From the NCBI GenBank assembly GCA_051362555.1, contig CM120642.1:28520001-28584000 (forward strand): a stretch of DNA of 64,000 nucleotides, read 5' to 3'. Position numbers and translations under genes: made by a program. Origin of the DNA: Lingula anatina. Taxonomy: Eukaryota > Animalia > Brachiopoda. This document shows, one piece after another, positions 55,623 through 64,000 of this stretch; within the stretch, counting starts at the first letter, position 1; the number at the start of each line of letters is the position of its first letter. Under the pieces are notes generated by a model, which worked only from the letters and a program-made list of their open reading frames with translations, did not search any database and had not been told where the DNA came from.

Positions 55623-58600
55623 TGGCATAGTCTCTCGGGATATTTGTATTATCGCCCAGGAGGAGGTTTGTGTGGTTTTATTCGATAGAAATGTTTTTTT
55701 TTTTTAATTTTTGAGAAAATGATCAGAAAAGTGTAATGAGATAAAAAAGAGTTTGCAATCCTTTATGTATGTTACATTAAGTGTTGAGGATGTTAAACTT
55801 TAGTTTAGGTTCATGGTGCTTATAAAATTGAAATATTTTTTCCATTTACAGCATTTGGTCGTATAAAACCAAAGAAGCGTTATTGGTATGTTTTTGATGA
55901 CAGCCAAGGAAAATTGCTGTGCTTTAAAAATGCAAACGAGGCAAAAAAGAGCAAACCCACTGATAGCGTTGATATAAAAGATGCCACCATCTCTCTGAGT
56001 TTAGATCAGAATAATCAGTTTATTGTTAGGTATGTTCAGATTTTAGCAAAGACCTTTAAATATGAATTAAGAAGAGACAGTTACTGTGATGTTAAAAGGC
56101 TTTTGAATTATAGATATCTTTTTCAACTGTAATCTTCACCTAGAGCTTGCCAAATTAACAGCAATGAATTTAAACTCATTTTAGTGATAGAAGAATGGAG
56201 AGTGAGTGCTGCTTTCTAAGTGCACATATTCATGTTTTCAGCGATACCATTTAAATCAAATCAAGATTGTGATATTTTTACATACCATTAAAATTGAAAA
56301 GAAGACTAGCAATATTTTGTTTATTACATACATGAATAATTTCTAGTTTAATTTTTCTTTCAGCATTGAGGGCAAGGAGTTCTACCTTACAGCTGACAAC
56401 CATGAGTCTATGATGATATGGCTGCTGGGTCTTCAGGTGGGCTTTACACTGTCCTGTCACCTTCAATTAAGCTGCTGTAAACTGTCTTTGACCCTGTGAC
56501 ACAATACCTGTAAGGGAATCGGTGGCTATTGTCACTTGATAGTTGGGTTGGGCAGCCCTTTTGTGTCCGTGTGACAAAGGAAACAATGGTGCAAGACTTG
56601 GTGATGACTATGGTCATTTTGTGATGCGTGATTGTAAAATGTTAAGCACAGTCAAATATTGTCCATCTCCCCTGAAATTAAATGTCTTGAAAGTTATAGT
56701 CAGGCTGGAAATAAGATATCTTAATGGTGAGACTTGATGTGGTTAACTGTCAACATGAGGATTGCCACCCCGAATTTTAGACCATTATGGAATCTATCTT
56801 TTGTGGCAGTTTAGGACTCCATATCATTTACATTATTATAAAATAGGATTACTGTTTCGTTGCTATGAACCCAGCTGAAGGCCATAGCACACTGCTGCCC
56901 TCTACATTTTTCATGGCCTTAATGCGGCACAACCAGCATGCACATAACCAGGTGTTATCACAAAAGGCGTCAGACAAAAACTTGAACTGAGTGAAGGTTT
57001 TTAGATCTTCTATATTTTTATGTACATCATAGCTAGAGTATTCTGTGATCTTGAAAAATTTTTTTTCAGAAATTTCATTGAGTCAAGTCAAAACAATTAT
57101 AATTTATATATATGATGAAATGCTTCCACTGCAGGGAATGAGTGTTAAGTGATCACAATCAAGCCTAAACTTTGTGTCAGAGATATGTTGTGAAAAACAA
57201 TAGAGGGTGCACAAATAAATATTTTCTCTGAACCAGTTAGAATGCAAAAAGATGCATAATAATAGTGATGTTAAATAAAAGACCATAGATGGATGCAGGT
57301 TTTATATTTTAATTTAAGCTTTAGATTTCAAACAAAAGAGCATTTAATGTTACAAAAGAGCAATGTCTCTAGAAACAGACATGGCCTTGGAATAAGTAAT
57401 TACAAATGAAATGAATTAAAGATGAAAATGGTGTTTTAATGGCTCTGATGAAAGGTAAAGCAAGAAAAGTTAATTATTTGTCAAGGTCATCTATGCACCA
57501 GTGAACACACGTGACAAGTTTCTGATCATGTGTGACTGAATACGTAGTATCTGGAGCACACAGTAGACCTTTGCTGATCACATCATCTCATACAGGCCTA
57601 CAAGTATATTGCTAGCAAATGAAGGCCAGCATATTATGTGGTATGGCCTGAATCAGAGAAAATGGTCTTATCAAGCTGACTTATTTAAGCATACTGTTAA
57701 TATTGGTCCAGTAACTAGACTAATTGTACCACCAGCGTTAGCGCTGGCGGTACACATGGTTTCGGTCCCGTCCGGATCGTTCCGCCGGCTCCGCCGGCTC
57801 CGTTGGCTCCGCCGGCTCCGCCGGACGGCTACCGTTACCGCTTCTCCTCCTAGACGGTGAGGGCCCCCGTACCCATCTCATGGATTTAGGTCACCTATAA
57901 TCTCAACTCGTTCCACGTAAAATTTGGGCTTTGTCGGTATTGGGGTCTGGGTGTGGCACTCATTGCAATGCACCCCTGTCTAAAAATTGCAAAATTAAAT
58001 GCTAATTATCTACCCTACGGAAGGAGTTATGGGAAAAATTTCTATAGACAGCTTTCCAAAAGTCATATGTGTAGATTTCAAATATACCCTTGGATTTGAC
58101 CTTTGACCTCTACTTCAAGGTCAAATGGGCCAAAATTTTCAAAAAAATGAAATTTTTTACGAAAAAAATTTTTTTTGCCCTGTTATTCAGACACCACACA
58201 GACTTAACCAATAATATTATTGGAAAGTGTTACCCTTCAGGTCATCTTTCATCTCCATGAATTTGGGGTCAATCAGTGCATTTTCATGGGAGTAGCGGCC
58301 ATAAGATACCGAAACTGAAAACTGTCTCTAATTCGGGAACCGTTAATGCTAGAGACCCATTCTTTTTTGCATTTTGTAGAGCATGTAAAGCCCAACACTG
58401 GAGGTGGTCTCCGTTTTTTTGTATTCCATACGGTTTTCGAGTTACGCTGTATCAAAAAGTACATATTGGTGGTAAAAGCAAAATGTGCAGTACGGTAATA
58501 GATAATAAATTTTGAACTCTGGAAAAATAAAACATAAGGCTTGGCAAAGCAGACAACTTGTGTTCAAAAATGACATTATTTCATCAAATTTGAACTTCTG

Positions 58601-61600
58601 AAACTTCAGAGCACCTCCTATTTCAAGAAATTTGACCAAAATGACATTTTCTTTATTTTAATTAATTTTTTCTGTACGAAATTTAAGGCACATTATGGTA
58701 ACTCCAAAATTATAACATCTAGTCCCTTATATCTCCAAAACTGGCAGAGATAGGTCCATAGTTACTATTGAAGTTGAATAGGAAGTCATATACTGGCAAT
58801 CTTACTATGACCTTGAAATTGACCTTTGACCTACTTTTCACCATGAACTGAACTTTGCAAATTTTTCTTCCCTTTTATCTCCAAAACTGGCAGAGATAGG
58901 TCCATAGTTACTATTGAACTTGAATAGGAAGTCATATACTGGCAATCTAAATGTGACCTTAAAATTGACCTTTGACCTACTTTACACCATGAACTGAATT
59001 TTGCAAATTTTGCTTTCCTTTTATCTCCAAAACTGGCAGAGGTAGGTCCGTAGTTACTATTGAACTTGAATAGGAAGTCATATACTGGCAATCTATATGT
59101 GACATTAAAATTGACCTTTGACCTACTTTTCACCATGAACTAAATTTTGCAAATTTTGCAAATTTTGCTTTCCTTTTATCTCCAAAACTGGCTGAGATAG
59201 GTCCGTAGTTACTATTGAACTTGAATAGGAAGTCATATACTGGCAATCTAAATGTGACCTTAAAATTGACCTTTGACCTACTTTTCACCATGAACTGAAC
59301 TTTGCAAATTTTTCTTCCCTTTTATCTCCAAAACTGGCAGAGATAGGTCCATAGTTACTATTGAAGTTGAATAGGAAGTCATATACTGGCAATCTAAATG
59401 TGACCTTGAAATTGACCTTTGACCTACTTTACACCATGAACTGAATTTTGCAAAATTTGCTTCCCTTTTATCTCCAAAACTGGCAGAGATAGGTCCATAG
59501 TTACTATTGAACTTGAATAGGAAGTCATATACTGGCAATCTAAATGTGACCTTTAAATTGACCTTTGACCTACTTTTCACCATGAACTGAACTTTGCAAA
59601 TTTTTCTTCCCTTTTATCTCCAAAACTGGCAGAGATAGGTCCATAGTTACTATTGAAGTTGAATAGGAAGTCATATACTGGCAATCTAAATGTGACCTTA
59701 AAATTGACCTTTGACCTACTTTACACCATGAACTGAATTTTGCAAATTTTGTTTTCCTTTTATCTCCAAAACTGGCTGAGATAGGTCCGTAGTTACTATT
59801 GAACTTGAATAGGAAGTCATATACTGGCAATCTAAATGTGACCTTAAAATTGACCTTTGACCTACTTTTCACCATGAACTGAACTTTGCAAACTTTTCTT
59901 CCCTTTTATCTCCAAAACTGGCAGAGATAGGTCCATAGTTACTATTGAACTTGAAAAGGAAGTCATATACTGGCAATCTAAATGTGACCTTAAAATTGAC
60001 CTTTGACCTACTTTACACCATGAACTGAATTTTGCAAATTTTGCTTCCCTTTTATCTCCAAAACTGGCTGAGATAGGTCCATAGTTACTATTGAACTTGA
60101 AAAGGAAGTCATATACTGGCAATCTAAATGTGACCTTAAAATTGACCTTTGACCTACTTTACACCATGAACTGAATTTTGCAAATTTTGCTTTCCTTTTA
60201 TCTCCAAAACTGGCTGAGATAGGTCCGTAGTTACTATTGAACTTGAATAGGAAGTCATATACTGGCATTATAAATGTGACATTAAAATTGACCTTTGTCC
60301 TACTTTTCACCATAAACTGAACTTTGCAAATTTTGCTTCCCTTTTATCTCCAAAACTGGCAGAGATAGGTCCATAGTTACTATTGAACTTGAATAGAAAG
60401 TCATATACTGGCAATCTAAATGTGACCTTGAAATTGACCTTTGACCTACTTTTCACCATGAACTGAATTTAGCAAAATTTGCTTCCCTTTTATCTCCAAA
60501 ACTGGCTGAGATAGGTCCATAGTTACTATAAAAGTTGAATAGGAAGTCCTATACTGGCAATCTAAGTGTGACCTTGAAATTGACCTTTGACCTACTTTTT
60601 ATCATGAATTGAACTCTGCTAATTTCTTTCTCTTTTAACTTTAAACTTTAAAATTTGCTTCCCTTTTATCTCCAAAACTTGACAGAGATCGGTCCATAGT
60701 TACTCTTGAACTTGAATAGGAAGTCATATACTGGCAATTTACTGTGACCTTGAAATTGACCCTTGACCTACCTTACGAAGAACTTAAATTTGATTGTACC
60801 CTATATTTTTTTTGCAATAGTTTAAAAATTCTTGTTGATTGCATTTTTACAGCTTGTCAAGCACAAAACTGGTGGCTGTGTCCCTTATTTTGTGTATGTG
60901 GGGGTCTATACGAATGCGCTTGCTCCAGCTGGTGGTACAATATTTGGAGGCGGTATCGCCTCTCTGATCCTCTAGTTATTCAACTGATTTCACCTTGGGG
61001 AGGGGATTGAGGGAAATAATGGATTATAATTATTTTGTACAACCATCAAAATGTTAATATGCTATCATGAGTTGGTTGATGTCATCATACCTTTCTGTAA
61101 CCTGTGTTATTTTAGGCCAAGAGAGACAGTTATGTGAAGAGAGCGCTTCGAGAGTCCAGCTCTGACAGCGTCAGTGATGGGGAAGCATGTGGCAGAGAAA
61201 GGGTAAGGAACAAGGTGTGGTATGTATTTGACTGGGTAAGGATAAGGAACAGTGTGTACTATCTATTTGGGAAGGGGAAGGAACAGTGTGTGCTATTTAT
61301 ATAGCAGCCATGAATTACACACATTTTCTGTTATGATGATGTTTCAATATAATAAATGCATAAGTTTCTGTGATGGTTGGTATGTCTTCCACCTTGATAA
61401 GCAGAAATGATCATGATGATTTTCTCAGCTCCTGAATGTGACCATACTACTTGCTGTGTGGTTTGTTATGTGCACAGTCAATCTCTATATACACTACACA
61501 ATCTAGTGATGTGTCATAATGTTGTGGATATATAGTACCTGGCATAGATATATTATTCATGGTGTTGTTATGTAGTATTAGAAGTGCCTGGATGGTGGCA

Positions 61601-63779
61601 GTGTAAAAAGCTTACGCATAATTAGATATATGCCTGATGTGCTGAATGTACACCTAAATACGTGTGTTTGGAGTAGAGAGACACATGTTTGTGGGTGCAT
61701 GTGCATTCTTTGCTTCACTGTCATCCAGATATTCGGACCAGTGTGGTATACATCAATTACCAAACATGAGAAGTTTTTTCTGGCAATTCAGTCAACAAAA
61801 ATAATGGTGGAAGATTTGCAATCAAATTGTAAATTGTTGGCATACTAGTTGAGGTTTTAATTTTTTGGTGTTTGGTTTTCTAGAAGATTTCAGCTCAACC
61901 AAACTGTTTTTATGTCGAGCCATATCAGCAGCCTTATCAGAAGTTGCAGCTACATGTATACATGTAACGTGCAGCTTGTTTTATACACACTTTATTATTG
62001 CAGAGAACGTGCAGCTTATTTTATACACACTTTATTATTGCAGAGTCTCTCAGAAAGCAAGTCTTTGGTGAATGACATGGAGACGACTCACTCCTCTGTT
62101 GTGAGGTGTTCCTCCATGAGGGAAAGAAGAGATGTGTTCCGCCTGAGGTTCCAGAGGTTCGGTACCATAGATACAGGATACGGAGAGGAACGCCAGTTTG
62201 CAGGTGGGTAAAGGCATACCTTTGTCTCCAAGTAACTTTTGTCGTGTTGTGAAAGTTTTTCCTAGTAGACATCTGACACCTAAGATGACAGAGTTTATGG
62301 TAATGACATGATCTTTTATTTTGGAAAATAGTGAATTTTACGGATACTGTATTTTTTAAAGTCATGAATTCTTCAAATTAGAACATTGCTATTTAGTGGT
62401 GGCAAAGATCAAAAGGCAGGCTACTTTATGGCTTTATTATTCTAAACAGTAAAACCACCACAAATGCAAATACAATTTGACATTGCATCGGCAAACATGT
62501 CTCAGGCTAGTGTTTTTAATTTCTTTCATCAAAACACTAATTTCTTTCATCACATTTCATAATTTTTATCCTCAAGTGAATGTTATATGCTAACAGCACT
62601 TCTGATTTTAATACTATTACATATGAACTATTATAAAGCTGATATAAGAGAAAAAGCACTCAGATTAGTACCCGTATGCTACTATACATTACTAGGTACT
62701 GTAATTGCTGAAGCCCTCATCTTCACTTCCTTAGTAATGTTTTAAGATTGGGTATGCACTTACAGTGGGCTGTATTTCAATCTACCAGCATAAAACAAGA
62801 GAAGGGTTAGAGGATCTATGGTCTCCTTTTGGTCTCTGATGTAGATGTCTCTGTTCACAAGGCAGTCTACAGCCAGCTGACATGCCTCAACTCGGTGTAG
62901 AACTGATTTATTACAATGAATATACTGCTGCAGCATGAAGTTGTATATGTGATCGATTTGTTAGGCTTGAGAAAAATGCTGAAACTATACAGAAATATTT
63001 TATAACCATTCTTCTGAAATTAGTTAATACTGTTCAGCTTAGAAACAATTTTATTTGTTTCAGTGCCACCATTATTGTCCCCAGATGCACACAGCTTGAC
63101 TGCGCCATCATTTCAGCTGACTTCTTCAGCATCGTCTGCTTCTAGAAAATGGAGCAGCGGAGCCAGTGGGGAGAGTGACGATGCTTTTCTGCACACAGAG
63201 GATGCTGGGATAGCTAGAGAGGGCAGGCATAGGCAAGGGAGCGAGAGAAGGTATAAGCAGTAGTAAACACTTTGATTTTTGTTGCTGTGTCAAAGTTTTA
63301 TTTTTTCTGCTTTATCAATTTTTCAGTATGGCAACATTTAACAATTAAATAATGTTTTTTATTTTTTGAAATGATATTTTTTGGAATGGATTTCTGCCTT
63401 TTGACAGAATGAGATATTTTTGGACATCTCTAAAAATTGTATTTTGCATACAGGTACGCAGTGTATTTAAAGCTGGCCTAAAACAAAAGATAAAGATAAA
63501 GATAATCTTTTAAGATTTATTTAGCCAATGAATATATAAGCTATACAACATCGGGAATGATTTGCCTTCTAAATTTTAAACTGTGAGTTTTGTGATGAAT
63601 GAACAAAAGTTGCACATGAAAAGGAGTTATACAGGGGTCTGGTTATATGCAAGTTGGCAACATATTTATACACAACCTGATGGAATTAACTCTACCAGTT
63701 AACATTTCAGTGCCAGTGGTTCCAGCGACTCTGCCATTGACTCAGACAGACGAGTGACGGAGCTGGAGAGAGAGCTGAT
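55614..63779 (+). CDS. PH-domain protein, TBC1D2/TBC1D2B-like Rab-GAP (N-terminal part; the gene probably continues beyond the window)
   Basis: In-phase exons are 55614-55665, 55852-56029, 56364-56436, 61116-61202, 62044-62203, 63064-63250 and 63711-63779. The PH domain reads LSGYLYYRPGGAFGRIKPKKRYWYVFDDSQGKLLCFK...DIKDATISL...FYLTADNHESMMIWLLGLQAKRDSY. It is followed by a Ser-rich linker and the start of a coiled coil (RRVTELEREL). No TBC domain is in the window, so the family call is tentative. Confidence 0.75.
57721..60977 (+). mobile_element. Helentron-associated HINE, younger copy, in intron 3 of the PH gene
   Basis: It has a 5' hairpin TGTACCACCAGCG..CGCTGGCGGTACA, a (CCGGCTCCG)n microsatellite, a 3' subTIR GCTGGTGGTACAAT and a 3' hairpin GAGGCGGTATCGCCTC ending CTAG-TT. 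Confidence 0.9.
58720..60770 (+). repeat. 146-bp satellite array, about 14 units, inside the HINE
   Basis: TATCTCCAAAACTGGC recurs about every 146 bp. Each unit carries GTGACCTT(A/G)AAATTGACCTTTGACCT. Confidence 0.95.
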
Positions 63780-64000
63780 GTAGGTACCTTTATGTCTTTG
63801 TGATTCAGTTTAATCAACTCTGGGGTATTGATTTTATTTTATTTTATTAAAGAAGTGTGAATGCTTTATATTGGGTTGATTCATGGAATGAAAACAAGTC
63901 TTAGCACAATTTTTATATTACAACCTTTGAACATGATTTATATATTTCTGTTTTGCAATTTTTAAATGTTGGAATAGTCCTTGCAGTATCTTAAAGTCAC

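Noticed and set aside
58831-60313. Repeated 101-aa minus-strand ORFs
   Set aside because: They are translations of the 146-bp satellite.

Overview
AT-rich animal genomic DNA with spliceosomal introns. It is probably lophotrochozoan or mollusc-like, inferred from the repeat families and gene content. Four multi-exon genes can be assembled by hand with in-phase GT-AG junctions: a TRAF2-like adaptor (+, 18.1-22.7 kb), SCFD2 (-, 29.9-36.4 kb), a secreted or membrane-anchored serine beta-lactamase-family protein (-, 50.6-53.8 kb) and the 5' part of a PH-domain TBC1D2/TBC1D2B-like gene (+, 55.6 kb to the window end). There is also an orphan 224-aa ORF with caspase/CHAT-like His and Cys motifs just upstream of TRAF. 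The left 15 kb is a nest of transposons. It holds a decayed Ngaro/DIRS tyrosine-recombinase retroelement with split direct repeats, inserted precisely into another long ORF, plus a Rex1/Babar LINE fragment, Harbinger-type MITEs and a Helentron-type HINE carrying a 146-bp satellite (second copy at 57.7-61.0 kb). The most notable observations are the reconstructable in-frame empty site of the Ngaro insertion, a ~150-nt structured RNA candidate inside it, a ~35-bp-periodic array of CTCF-like AGATGGCA motifs that doubles as a uORF cascade before the PH gene, a kappaB-site cluster around the caspase-like ORF and TRAF, a TRAF gene with no in-frame ATG, and several unrelated CA...TG MITEs sharing 5-bp TSDs. 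All calls are by eye; no searches were run.
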